DNA of 64,000 nt. Source: Schizochytrium sp. TIO01 (Eukaryota; Protista; Bigyra: Labyrinthulomycetes). Below the pieces are notes generated by a model. It was not told where the DNA came from. It saw nothing but the letters and a program-made list of their open reading frames with translations, and searched no databases. The DNA lies in NCBI GenBank assembly GCA_004764695.1, contig SMSO01000031.1, positions 4,874,436-4,938,435 on the forward strand. The letters are read 5' to 3'. A program made the translations under genes and the position numbers. Below are positions 21,030-33,000 of this stretch, in pieces (position 1 is the stretch's first letter; the number at the start of each line of letters is the position of its first letter).

Positions 21030-21135
21030 GAAAAGAAAAGAAAAGAAAAGAAAAGAAAAGAAAAGAAAAGAAAAGAAACTTTTTCTTTTGCCTTTTCTTT
21101 TCTTTCTTTCTTTTCTCCTTCCTTTTTTCTTCTTG
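21030..21135. repeat. (AAAAG)~10 immediately followed by an imperfect (CTTTT)n tract
   Basis: gaaaagaaaag... then ctttttcttttgccttttcttttctttc. Confidence 0.88.
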
Positions 21136-21662
21136 GTTTGTTTTTTCTTTGCTTTCTATATAGGCGGTCGGTAGGTAGTCCTAACAGTTTACAGAAGCTC
21201 TACCTTTACCTTCCCTTCTCATTGAACCTGCCAGAACTTCGAAAGGAGAAGCCTCAAGCGGAGCAGAGGATAGGATAAGGCCGTCCAATGGCACTCGTCT
21301 ATACAAAAGAACGCTAGAATCTTGGCACCTGCTACACCAACTAGAGGATACATGCCACAGAGAACAAAGCAATATTGAATATCTCAAGAACTGACTGCTT
21401 TTACCAAAAAGGAAATGGAATGAATGAACTTCAATTTTACAATTCATTACTAACACACACAAAGAAGTCTTTAAGAATGAACAAACAATCGGCAAGTGCT
21501 CAGAGAAGTGACCGAATGGCTGAAGTATGCCCCATGATCAAGCACGGAACTTCAGTTGGCAAAGGAGCGAACAGTCTACGGCGGCACAGCCAAAAGGATT
21601 TTCCAACTTGTGAGCGAGCAGTTCGTCTCTGATTAAAGAATAACAAACAAGTTAACGAGCTT

Positions 21663-21710
<48 letters not shown>
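21663..21710. repeat. (AATC)12 microsatellite
   Basis: Perfect 48-nt run. Confidence 0.95.
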
Positions 21711-21711
<1 letters not shown>

Positions 21712-22146
21712 TTCATTCATTCATTCAACCAATTCCATTTCCTTTTGTTTTAGAAGGTGCTAAAATGGGCGGTATCGTTTCATTTCCCCGCACTGTATAT
21801 GTATGTATGTATGTATGTATGCCTATATTATATTTCTTCTCGTTGAAGTAACGAGTCGGGGACATCATTAGACAGGAACAGCAATCACCACTGTGCAACT
21901 TACTTTACTACAAAGGTACGACTTCAAGAGCGAGTAGAACCTCCATCTTCTCCAGAGCAGTTTCTTGCAAAGCAGCAACGTCTTTTGCCTGCGCTTTAGG
22001 TGTTTGCTTGCTCACTTACTTCGTTCGCTCTTTCATCGATCGTCGATCATTTATTCCTTGAGAGTCTGGCTCAGGTTACCCACCCTTAATCGCTCTCTTT
22101 ACGGCAGGCGATCTATTTACCAGCTTTTAATTGGAATCGCTGTTCG

Positions 22147-22166
22147 TGATTGATTGATTGATTGAC

Positions 22167-22216
<50 letters not shown>
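22147..22216. repeat. (TGAT)~17 microsatellite (reverse complement of the AATC run)
   Basis: tgattgattg... with one tgac unit. Confidence 0.95.
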
Positions 22217-22218
<2 letters not shown>

Positions 22219-22635
22219 TGTTTTGTACAAGAAGAACAATGAGATAGATCAAACCATAACCAACAACTATTTCTTTCTTTCTTTCTGCAATTATTTCATT
22301 ATCGAATTAAAAAAATAAAAAGGGAAAGGCTCCGCAGGAAGTTACTAGCGTATGTTATCCAAGTGCTAAGGCTACTTGCTACCTGGAGAACAGCAAAATT
22401 AAAGCTAACACAAAAAGCAAAGCAAAAAAAGAAAGAAAGAAAGAAAGAAAGAATACGAAGGGAGGAAAGGAAAGAGATAATAAGGAAGAACGAAGCCGGA
22501 AGAAGAGGCCTTCGAAGCAGGAAGAACTGAGGACAACCACCTCCACGAACTTCTTCAGGTTGGAGTCCTAAAATTCACTGCCAAGCTCCATGAAATTCGA
22601 ACAAGACGCCCCCTCCGATTTACTCAACGCAGGTT

Positions 22636-23145
22636 CACTAAGGCAGGTCAAACCTCCAATCGACCGCTTAGTCAATCAGCCAATCAATCAATACAATACA
22701 TCTATCAATACAATACATCTATCAATACGTCAATCTATCAGTACATCCATCAATACATCCATCCATCAATCGATCGATCGATTGCGAGCGGGAAGCGGCT
22801 GCTGACCTTCTCCTGCTGCAGTCGCTTCCTGGCGCCTGCTCACTCAGGTCGCTCTGAGAACGACGCCGCCTCGTTGACGGAATACAGATAGGCAGACAGG
22901 CAGCCAGACAGCCAGTCGCTTGCTCTCTCCAAATTGATTGATTGACGTATGAATTGATTGGTTGATTGACCAATTGATTGACCAATTGATTGATGTATGA
23001 TGTATTGATGTATTGATTGATGTATGATGTATTGATGTATTGATTGATGTAGATGTATTGATGTATTGATTGATGTATTGATTGATGTATTGATCGATGT
23101 ATTGATTTATGGAGCGGTGGATTGGAGGTTTGACCTGCCTTAGTG
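22636..23145. mobile_element. Foldback / non-autonomous TIR element candidate with CACTA...TAGTG ends
   Basis: TCACTAAGGCAGGTCAAACCTCCAATCGACCGCT (22635-22668) is the reverse complement of 23113-23146 at 33/34 nt. Inner arms carry complementary ATCA/ATAC and TGAT/GTAT repeats. No 3-bp target-site duplication. Confidence 0.5.
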
Positions 23146-23393
23146 ATGTTGAGGTTGTGGCGGTGTACGATTCACGATTCACGATTCACGATTCGCGAAA
23201 GTGCATCGACCGATGATTGCATTGATTTCAAGGAAAACACCACCCCAATTGACACAGTTCACGATTCGCGCTCTCGATTGGTGCGGCCTCCAAGTAACCT
23301 GAAGCCTGAGGCCTTTGATGTGGCGGAGGAGGTGCCTGACCGATGAGCCCGTGGCGACGCTCGAGAGCAGCGGGGCTTTGCGCTATTTCGAGC

Positions 23394-23455
23394 TTGCAGG
23401 TTGCAGGTTGCAGGGTGAAGGTTGCAGGTTGCAGGGTGCAGGTTGCAGGGTGAGG
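23394..23455. repeat. Heptamer (T/G)TGCAGG tandem repeat; nearby (ACGATTC)4 at ~23167-23194
   Basis: ttgcaggttgcaggttgcagggtgaaggttgcaggttgcagggtgcagg. Confidence 0.85.
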
Positions 23456-24599
23456 GCATGGCGATGCTTGCTGCGTTTTCGAGCTCGAGTTTGGCTGATG
23501 AACTTCATGAACTCGCTTCGTTCGGCGGCGGCTGTGTTTGGCTGCGGCTTCCTGCTCTTGAGCAGGTCTGCGCCGAAGGGTGTGTCTTCGCCCGCGTGTA
23601 TCCGTGTGAACTTGCTCACGCACCTCGGAGTTCGCTCACCGCATCCCACTTAACTTCCTGAGCCGTTCAGTTGATCATTTCCATGGCCACGACCATGGCC
23701 ATGACCATGACCACGGCCACGACAGGTAATCACAGCAATACTTGCTGGTTCATCATCGCATGCACACGTCGATTGCCGCGATGGCGAGTTCTGCGTCGCG
23801 ACGATGCTTCGTTATGCAAGACCTGAACTTGTGAGCGAGCTGCTTGCTCCAGCGAGTCGGTCCCTTGCCAACTTCGAGGACCTCCGCGTCCTTGCCAATG
23901 CTGCCAGGGTGCACGAGCTCGCTCCTGCCTGACGAGTGCAGCGTGTCGGCGCCTAAGGCAGGTAACCTGGGCACCATGCAGCCAGTTCTGCAGGTCCCCG
24001 GTTCTCGAGCTCCATCGCGGAGTTCTCCATCGATTCCCACGTCAGTCCATGCCTGAGGGAGAGATAAAAGCGGGCGCCTTGCCGGCGACCCCCACCACGG
24101 CGCCCGGAGCGGCCTCTCGACCGATGCGCCGCCGTCCTCGTCGCCCGCGGCGGGGCCCTGCGCAGTCAGAAGGACTCACTCGCTGGAGCCAAGCGGCGCG
24201 CAAGGAATGAAGGGGCTATGGACAGAAGAGCATAGCAACAATAATAAGCGGGTTCCCACAGAAGTGGAGCATAACAGAGATCGATCGATCGGCAGAGTGG
24301 AATTAGGTTTCACTCCGTTTGGAACAGAGGTTTTCAGACACGTTAAAGCAGACCATCGATGATGATGGCCAATGAAACACACAGTATTATCTCTTTCTCT
24401 CTCACAGGTCGCGGCGAAGAGCAGTCCAGACGGACTTATTTCTTATTTTCTGAAGCGGCGATGAACGGGTGTCATTGGACAGTTTTGGACGCAAGCAGAG
24501 GGAGAGGAGCCTCGATTTTGGGGAAGTGAGCAATCACGTATGATGGGTTTGGTTGCTGGGCGTCACGGAGCGCTGGAATTGAGCCAGAGTTAGTTGTTG

Positions 24600-24660
<61 letters not shown>
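24600..24660. repeat. (TTGC)~15 microsatellite
   Basis: ttgcttgcttgc... perfect run. Confidence 0.95.
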
Positions 24661-25867
24661 CATCAAAGTGGTGCTTATGAACTATCACGGTAGTAGTACT
24701 TTTTGTTTTCCTTTTCCTACTTTTAAAATTAAAAATAAAGAGTAATATTTTCAATAATAATATATTTTTTAAATTTGTTTTTTAAATTATCATGTTGTTG
24801 TTGTTATAACTTCTAACTTCTAATTTAACTAAAAAATAAATTTAAAAAAAAAAAAAGACTTTCAAGTTAGCACCTTCTAAGTAGGTGATATGGCCTTAGT
24901 AATAACAACCAGTTATTTTATATTTTATACCATGATCTTATAATTAACTTAAAGAAATTAAGTAGGCAAGGTAAAGTTTTTTAGTTTACTTTCGTTTCGT
25001 TCCACATTGAGGAAGCTAAGCTGGAAAGAACTGGAAACCCAACTGAAAAGATTAAGATTCTGATACCTGCAGAACAATTGACTAGCTAGCTAGAAACACA
25101 CCTTGCTTTGGTTTAAACGCCCAGCTCTGCAGCATTGCACTAGACTACCATGGTATGATCCTCGACTTATAACTCAACTCATGAATAATCGCATCGCAGC
25201 AGGCAACCACTAGACCTACCTAATACCTACGTACTGTATTCCTCTCAAAGCTAAGTGCAATAGTTGCAAATAACATCATCGATATGGAAATAGAAGTGAG
25301 TGTCAACAATAGAGTACACAATATGGAGCAATACTTGGAGTAGTAATTAATCCTGTAAGAGGCATTAACTTGGAATCTAGACTTTAAAGGAGGGCCGGAG
25401 GGGTGCAAAATTTAATTTTAATTTTCGTCCATGCCCCGTCGCCCTTCGAGGCGATCAATCCACGATATCGCTGAGGCCTTCAAGCTTTGCTCTGCGGAGC
25501 TGTGCGAAGCGAGGCGTGATACCTGCCTTCACGGAGGTTTACTTAGAGCCGCCCTCCTCAACAAACCTTTGCGGGCCCAGAACCTGAGCGCCCTGGCGAA
25601 AGGCACCTGATTTTGGCGCTGATCGAAACGCGAGGGCTGGTTTTTTCCCCGCCCTTTTGTGTCTGTATATTTGCAGATATAAAGTATACAGCAGACGTCT
25701 CGAGATCTTGCACAGGTTATAATCACCCGATCATTGTAATTCTGCACAGTGAACACTTGTGCAAAGCCTGCGAGAAATTTAGAACTGCAGAAAAGGGATA
25801 TCGCTGAGGAGACGATACTTTTGATAAAGGAAAAATTGAGGCACCTGAGGATCTGGGAGCGGCAGAC

Positions 25868-27712
25868 ATGTCCTCGGTTGTCTCGAATGCAGACAGCCTG
25901 GGGGATGATGCAAGGTCTGATGGCGGGAACTCTCAAATGACATCGCAATCTCAATCGCAAGGATCCAAGAACAAGTCTAAGAAAGATGCTCGAGTTGTGG
26001 TGCCGAGGTTTTTGACAAAGACGTATGAAATGATGATGGAACCGCGACACCGAGATCTAGTAGACTGGAATCGCGAGGGTACTGTGATTGTGATTAAAAA
26101 TGTCCACGGTTTCTCCGAAAAGGTCCTTCCACAATACTTCAAGCACTCAAACTATGCAAGTTTTGTGCGGCAGCTTAACATGTATGGATTTACCCGTGCC
26201 CTTAACCTGCCCCAAGCATTCAAGCACCCACTATTCCAACGCGGAAAGCAAGGAAATCTGGCGCTCATGAAACGCAAGTCTAGTCAGCCCAAACAAGATC
26301 TCGCTGCTCTTGGCAATAAACACAAAGCCGAGCTTGAAAGGGCTTTGCAAGACATCAAGGTCCTTCGCGAGCGTCAGGAGAAGATCGATGAAGATGTGGT
26401 GAAACTGAAGGGACAAAATGCGCACCTTGACGAAGAGAATACCATGCTTTGGAAGGTTGTCGACGAAGCTCGTGACCGTCAACAGCTTCTTGCAAAGAAG
26501 ATGAAGCAGATCATGGTCTTCTTGTACAGCGCGTTTATGAAGAAGGACGGTCAGGCTCGTCTTGCAAGTCTCAGTGAAACACTTCCCAAAATCCTTGACG
26601 AGGCTAAGGCTGCCGGGGTGGAAATCGAAGAATTAGAGAATTCTGCTTTTAACGCCGATGATCTTTTGGACTCATCCACGTTGAGTGATGACCAAAACAA
26701 AACCCTTGAAAGCGTACCTGCAGAGCACCCTGTACCGCACTATCAGCATATCCCAGCACACCGAAGTAGTGGTGCTCTGCCTGGATCAGGTGGCCCAAAC
26801 AGGGTTACACCTACTTCTTCTTCATCTACAACAGCTGCATCTCTTTCGCGAGGATCGCCACCAGGCCCATCTCACCACTCTGCTACGGCTAATAATCTTG
26901 TTAGCAACCAGCGCGCTCTAACGGGTGCGCCTCACATGGGTCAACATCAGAGCCAACTCTCTCATCAGATCACCCCGCGCGCTTCTGAAATGACCTCCGC
27001 GCAGCCTCTGTCTAGCTCGGGATGCGAAGAAGGTAATGATAACAATGACCTCATTCGACTCGACACCGCCCTTACGCGATTGCCTACATTAGGCGGGGAT
27101 GACTTACTCAACTTTGATGGCAAGGTAGCTGCTACCCCGCCTCCTGCATCCAGCTCTTATGCTGCGATAAAGCAACTGCCCCCAGCGCCAGATATGTCAA
27201 AAATGGACAGTATGATGTCGTTTGGGTTATTAGATGACGTGAAGCCACCAGCTGGGCCTGATGGTATTTCCTCCGGAGCACATAATGAGGCCGCTGATCT
27301 TGTCCGGGCCGATAGTCTTGCGCGCAGTGCATCTTTACAATCTTACTTAGACCTCATTGAGTCCAGTAAGGTCAACAAAAATGCTAATGTCACAGACGAT
27401 CTTCATAAACATCTTGACATCGCAAAGGAGCTCGATCGCTATATGGCTGACCAGGACAACACCTTACAGCGAATCAACACGATTGAAAGCCACCTCTCAG
27501 GCGTGCATGACACAGGACATCTTCTCGATGATGATGACGATGATGATGATTTCTTCAAGGAAGAGCCTCTGGATAGCACAACCGACAGTAACAACGACAA
27601 CAACAATAATAACAACGAATACGGATATGTTTCGCCGTCAAAGCGAAGGAGCACCGATACACCTTCTGACTCTATTGATGGCCACCGTCTCAAGCATTCT
27701 CGTATGGGGTAG
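25868..27712 (+). CDS. HSF: Heat shock transcription factor (HSF DNA-binding domain, HR-A/B coiled coil, disordered C-terminus)
   Basis: PRFLTKTYEMM..VDWN..G..VLPQYFKHSNYASFVRQLNMYGF..FKHPLFQRG, then heptad repeats (LKGQNAHLDEENTMLW), an acidic tail and basic PSKRR. Confidence 0.93.
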   Translation: MSSVVSNADSLGDDARSDGGNSQMTSQSQSQGSKNKSKKDARVVVPRFLTKTYEMMMEPRHRDLVDWNREGTVIVIKNVHGFSEKVLPQYFKHSNYASFVRQLNMYGFTRALNLPQAFKHPLFQRGKQGNLALMKRKSSQPKQDLAALGNKHKAELERALQDIKVLRERQEKIDEDVVKLKGQNAHLDEENTMLWKVVDEARDRQQLLAKKMKQIMVFLYSAFMKKDGQARLASLSETLPKILDEAKAAGVEIEELENSAFNADDLLDSSTLSDDQNKTLESVPAEHPVPHYQHIPAHRSSGALPGSGGPNRVTPTSSSSTTAASLSRGSPPGPSHHSATANNLVSNQRALTGAPHMGQHQSQLSHQITPRASEMTSAQPLSSSGCEEGNDNNDLIRLDTALTRLPTLGGDDLLNFDGKVAATPPPASSSYAAIKQLPPAPDMSKMDSMMSFGLLDDVKPPAGPDGISSGAHNEAADLVRADSLARSASLQSYLDLIESSKVNKNANVTDDLHKHLDIAKELDRYMADQDNTLQRINTIESHLSGVHDTGHLLDDDDDDDDFFKEEPLDSTTDSNNDNNNNNNEYGYVSPSKRRSTDTPSDSIDGHRLKHSRMG

Positions 27713-28801
27713 ATCTGGATTGCTAGGAATTTCTTACCAATGTGAACTTAATAGTGTTTTCTTCACCAATTGTTGTTTGGTGTACGCGCTGCATAGGGCT
27801 AGTTGTGCACTCAACTTTCTTTACCATGTATAATGGGGAAGTTGAATTGCACCGCACAAATGACATTTGGTCGGCTTGAGCTAGCAGGCAAAAATTCTTC
27901 AAATTTTCTGCAACTTCATTAGACCACAAACATACAAACGTTCAGTGAGGTTTACCTTCAATCGTGAATGGAAAGGGGCTGCAGAAAGAGAGGGGCATCA
28001 CTGGAGAAGCTACTCCGCTTTGAGTAACTTACAGTAGTGACATTTATCGAATTTGTCCCACAAATTATATGCGCACATAACAGACTAGAGCAACGTACAC
28101 TGTTTCAAGTTTCCCCTTTTTCTTTTTCCATGTTGATGGTTTACCCATACAATCAAACCAATTCAAGCGACCAGCTACGCTCCAGCTTACTGTCTACACA
28201 TCCTTTGCATACTTTTAATTACCCTGCCTCCCCTCTATCATGTTCTTACACAACAAAACAAAATTAATACAATGAAAAAATGGATATGTCTATTACATCA
28301 AAGCCTATGATAATAGTGGGACAGAGCATGTTTTAGTCTTATTACCCGGTGACCCTTGCAAGTTAACAAGATTTTTCTCCAGCAGGATATGTCGTAGTTG
28401 TAGTTTTTTAATTTGAGCTGCGTACTCAGTCGTTTGTATGCTCTAACGCACACAAAAAACGGTTCTGCTCTTCCTCAAGGCAATTATGAGTCTGATCGAC
28501 ACCAGAAAAGGTTTGAAGCTTGATAGACATAGAATGTCTACCCTCTTAGCGTACAACAAAGGAGTGTGCGTATGCAGGCATTCACTCATGATCATGCAGC
28601 ACCCTTCGTCGACCACGCATTTACCGTTCAACTAAGGTTATTTATGCCTAGACCTGCTTACAGGAGCCTAGACAAGGAAAGCCGAGCCCTTTTACTTATT
28701 TCGGCAACTTATCAATGTACCATACAGAAGCTCAATGCTAAACACGTACCACAAGACGGGCAGAAAATCTTCAAGAAATCGAGGTCCTTGAAATTATGCA
28801 A

Positions 28802-29260
28802 TTACTCCTTCATCTGCTCTTCTTTTTGTTGTTCTTCCTCCTGTTGCTCTTGCTGCTGGTCTTCGATGAGACTCTGAAGTTCTTCTTTATGACGTTTTTC
28901 AAGGGCAGCTCCCTTGTCCTTAATCTCCTGAAGAATCTGCTTGCGCTCACGGTCCACTTGGGGGGTCTTCTTCTTTTTGAGCTTGCTGCGCTCCCGACGC
29001 AACTCGACCTCCTCTAGCCGCCACTGTTTAAGCTCGTGATGGTGGCGTTTCTCCATTTGGCCACGAGTCTCCTTCACGTTGGTCTCACCTTCGGCATTGG
29101 CATTTGCAGCAACTGCTGAGACATCAATCTCTGGATCAGATGAGCCGATGGCATCAACGCCCTCCATGGAGGAGGTGCCATTTTTGGTGGAGGCATCGCC
29201 GCTCAAAGGATCAAAACGGCGCGCTTGCGTCTTCGAACGCTTGCGGCGGGACTTGGCCAT
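28802..29260 (-). CDS. Small charged coiled-coil protein, probably nuclear; resembles the N-terminal helical region of OTUD6/Otu2-type proteins
   Basis: 152-aa ATG-started ORF with coding-like composition, basic N-terminus (AKSRRKRSK) and ETRGQMEKRHHHELKQ...KKKK...LEKRHKEELQSL pattern. No catalytic domain. Confidence 0.65.
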   Translation of the reverse strand: MAKSRRKRSKTQARRFDPLSGDASTKNGTSSMEGVDAIGSSDPEIDVSAVAANANAEGETNVKETRGQMEKRHHHELKQWRLEEVELRRERSKLKKKKTPQVDRERKQILQEIKDKGAALEKRHKEELQSLIEDQQQEQQEEEQQKEEQMKE

Positions 29261-30038
29261 CCTGAGACCTAAGTTTCACAATAACTTCGAAATCTCTGCG
29301 TTCCCAGATGCAGTTTTGGCGGGCGGTTCCTGCGAGAGATAACTCAGAATTGACTTTTTCGTTTCCATCCACTCAATTCAAAAGGCGTTTCATTAGATGT
29401 ACTAGGCCTAAACAATAGGACTACTAAACCTAGATGGAATTGTCTCTTGAAGGATTCTGATAATGGGACAAGAAGTAATTCAGCATAAGCAGAGAAAAGA
29501 TAGAAGTAGGCCTATAGCACGATGAGTTCATATTGGTACTAACTCGCATAAAATTCGACGAGAATATACTTCATAACACACGTAATTGCATACAGATTTA
29601 AGAAGAATAAGGATGAGACTTTTGTCAAGAGTAGTAGGCTGATTAGTGTTAGTGAAGATTGTGCAAGACTTTAGTTGGTTGTTTATATGATTAGACACGC
29701 ATAAATGCATTTCCTTTTAAAGCATAGTAGTAAACTTTTCCAATTATTCTGAAAGACCAATAGAAACAAACGTTCCCAACTTGTACATGTGGGCAAAGCG
29801 AAACAAAGTAAGGAATGTAGAATTCAATAAGCATCTAATGATTCAACTTTACTAACGGCAAATCGTATAAAAAGATTCCAGAACAATCAGGCTTATTAAT
29901 GGGTCATAAATGGGAGATCTAAACCTTGATGCGCTATATATAACCTGTTTCATGTCAGTGATTTGCAAGGAAAAATAGAATTTTCTTCCTTTTCATTAAT
30001 TCGAAGCGAACAAAACCGATTTGCAATAAAAACATTCA

Positions 30039-33000
30039 CTACATAATGCCTCCATCTAGCTTCTGCACAAATGCGGCAACATCGAAGTCTTTATATTCAG
30101 TATCGTGAGGATCGATTTCTTCATGTACTTTGTCAAGACTGTCAGCCATGGAGTCAGGTAGATCAAGAGCCTGGAGAATTTCGTCTGTACGCATACTATC
30201 AACGTTGCTATTAGCACTATCCACTACCCTATCGGCAACATGTTGCTTAAAGCGCTGCAAACCAAGCACGCGCTCCTCCACAGTGTAGCGAGATAGCAAT
30301 CTATAAACATTTACAGCCCGAAGCTGACCAAGCCGATGAGCCCGGTCCATCGCTTGCAAGTCGTTCATGGGATTCCAGTCATGCTCAACAAAGATGACCA
30401 CATTTGCACCAGTAAGGTTTAACCCTTGACCACCTACTTTGGTCGTCGCCAAAAGTACTTGAATGCCAGGTTCTGTGTTAAAACGATTAACAATGGCCTG
30501 GCGATCATGCGCAGCAATGGAACCATCGAGTCGCAAAAACCCTAGAGCACCATGAAGCGCCCCTTGTAGGACTTGCTCTTCAATCAGATCTAAGGTTCCT
30601 GTCCACTGAGTGAACACCAGAGCTTTTGCAGGGAGATCTGCATTTGTTGTTGCATCTTGGCCCTTTGAGTCAAGAGCAGAACTACTACTATCTTCATCGC
30701 TCACCATTGAAGATAAACGAGCATCACCCACCCCTGTTGCAGTTGATACAGATGGCAGTACAACATTACGAAGCAAGTCCACGAGTGCACGGAATTTGCC
30801 CGATGCACGATACCCATCCTCTTGTGCAGAAGATAACTTGGCCTCCAAGAGCCTTCGCTGCAATCGATCCTTTGTATGGCGCTTCATGCTTCGCAAGGAG
30901 AGCAAAGGGTGAGTGCATGCCATCAAGAGTCTAGCTGTATGACCCAATGCATCTTTTTCAGCTGCCCGAACGTCGCCCTTAAGAGCAGCATACAAACGAG
31001 CTTGTACAGGTGCCATATCAGTGATTAAATCCTGAACGATCTTGGGTGGCAAATCTTGCAAGACAGCCTCTTTCGTTCTGCGAAGTAGAAACGGAAGAAT
31101 CTTCCGTCTCAAGCCCTCAAGGGCCTCGGCAGCGCGTATACTTTCTAATTCACGTTGTTGCTCTCGCTTAGTCATCTTTGATGACGTAACCGGTGCACTC
31201 GTACCTGATGAAATACCGTCCCCTTCTTCATCTTCTGCAGCTTGGAGTGAAACTGAGTCCTTCGCAAGGATAGCACGAGACGCCCGAACTGGCTTGGCAA
31301 CGTTTTGTTCAAAGCTAGAAACATCTCCTAAGTAACCCGGCATAAGAAAGTCAAATACACTCCACAAGTCAAGCACGTCATTATGTACCGGTGTACCTGT
31401 GATAGCGAGCCGATGAACTGCACTAGCACCAATCTGTTTGCATTTTTCAGCAGCAGATGTATAGGGATTGCGAATGCTATGAGCTTCATCAATGACCATA
31501 AGACGCCACTGTAAACCAGTGCGTACGATACGATCAACATCGCGCGTGAGGACATTATAAGAAACCACCATAACAGCATGAGTTGAAGCATTTCCAGGAT
31601 CTGCCATAAACTGCAGCAAGCGGACTAACTCCATCCCTCGATCACGAGGATCGCCTACGTAAGCAAAAGCACGGAGGGAGTCATGATACCAACGATGAAT
31701 CTCCTCACACCAATGACCTGTGAGAGATGACGGACAAACTACGAGAGAACATTCAGGAGTCTTTCGGTCAGCAAGACTTGTCATAAGTGTAAGCGCCATC
31801 AGCGTTTTTCCTAAACCAAGATCGTCACACAAAGCCCCGGAAAGACCGTGTTTGGCAAGAAACGCAAGCCAACACACGCCTTCCCTCTGATAGGATCGCA
31901 GCTCGATTCCTGCATTTCTAGCATAACCGAGAACCCCAAGCGCGTCATGCTCAGAAGATGCTCCAGCGAGAAGTGTATCTAGAAATTCGTGCCCCTTTCT
32001 CCGGAGACTCTTGCACTGGTTTACTTCATGAATGTAAGTTATGCTTTCAGGCATATGAGCATTACGCTCAATTGGTGCAACTTGGATGAGCATAGCAAGA
32101 ATTCGAGCAGACAAATCTCGTACTTTTTCTGATGAAGCGTCGTGAAGCAATGGCATGATTATAGGGACCAAGCCAGCAGAGAAGGGAAGAAAACGAAGCG
32201 ATGGGTCAACGCGATCATTCACGAGATTTGCAATCAACGTAAGCCCAGAAGCACGAGCATCCTCCGTTTGGGAAGTGTCCTCAATAATAGGCAGAATTAC
32301 TTGGTGAATGCAATCCCAAGTAGCTGCTGCGAGATCATCCCAGGAGTTAAGGGCACAAATTAACCCAGTAATGGGATCCAGAATGCCACTTTCTGTGGTG
32401 ACAAGATTTAACAGCGAATTTCGAAGATATTGCAGAGCCTTCGGCATTGTAATCTCTTTGGCAAAGGTAGCACAGGCCCAGATAGCACAAGGCTCTGAAG
32501 CACGCAAGCGTTCATCCATTTCAGGTAGCAAATTCCACAGCATATCCGTGTCGGGGTAGAGAGTAACAAGGTAGCGAAAGAAAGATTCTGCTCGTGGCCA
32601 GGTAGCAGTCAGTAGCTTCTTGGATGCCTTGGTGCGTGCTTTCGTTTTGCTTTCATCAACAATCTTCCCCAAAAGTGTGGCAAGGCCATGTGCTAATGTT
32701 TCGTGCTCTACACCTTGTGTCTCATGCAAAAGCGCTGGAATTAGAGGCTTCAGAAACGGCCCAACTTCACCGACAAACGGATCATCGCTTGAGAGAGCAC
32801 GAACTTTGGCCACTTGAAAAAGCGCCTCCTGGCGTACTTGGGCACTGGCAAGGGCGGCAGACAGTCCCTGAATACAACCCAGAGCGTGATCGCGAGCACC
32901 GGCGGTTGTTTCATTCCATCGTCGGGCATCCTCCCTTGACTCTGGTTCGGGCAGCTGAGTCACCCACTTTTGGACTGTGTTCTCTACAAAATCGTGCGCA

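Noticed and set aside
23335-23375. CTGACCGATGAG...: possible hammerhead ribozyme core
   Set aside because: It does not match CUGANGA followed by stem II and GAAA, and the required helices are absent.
23394-23455. TTGCAGG repeats as an interstitial telomere or CRISPR-like array
   Set aside because: Short, degenerate, lacking unique spacers and not a recognised telomere unit for this group; treated as a simple repeat.
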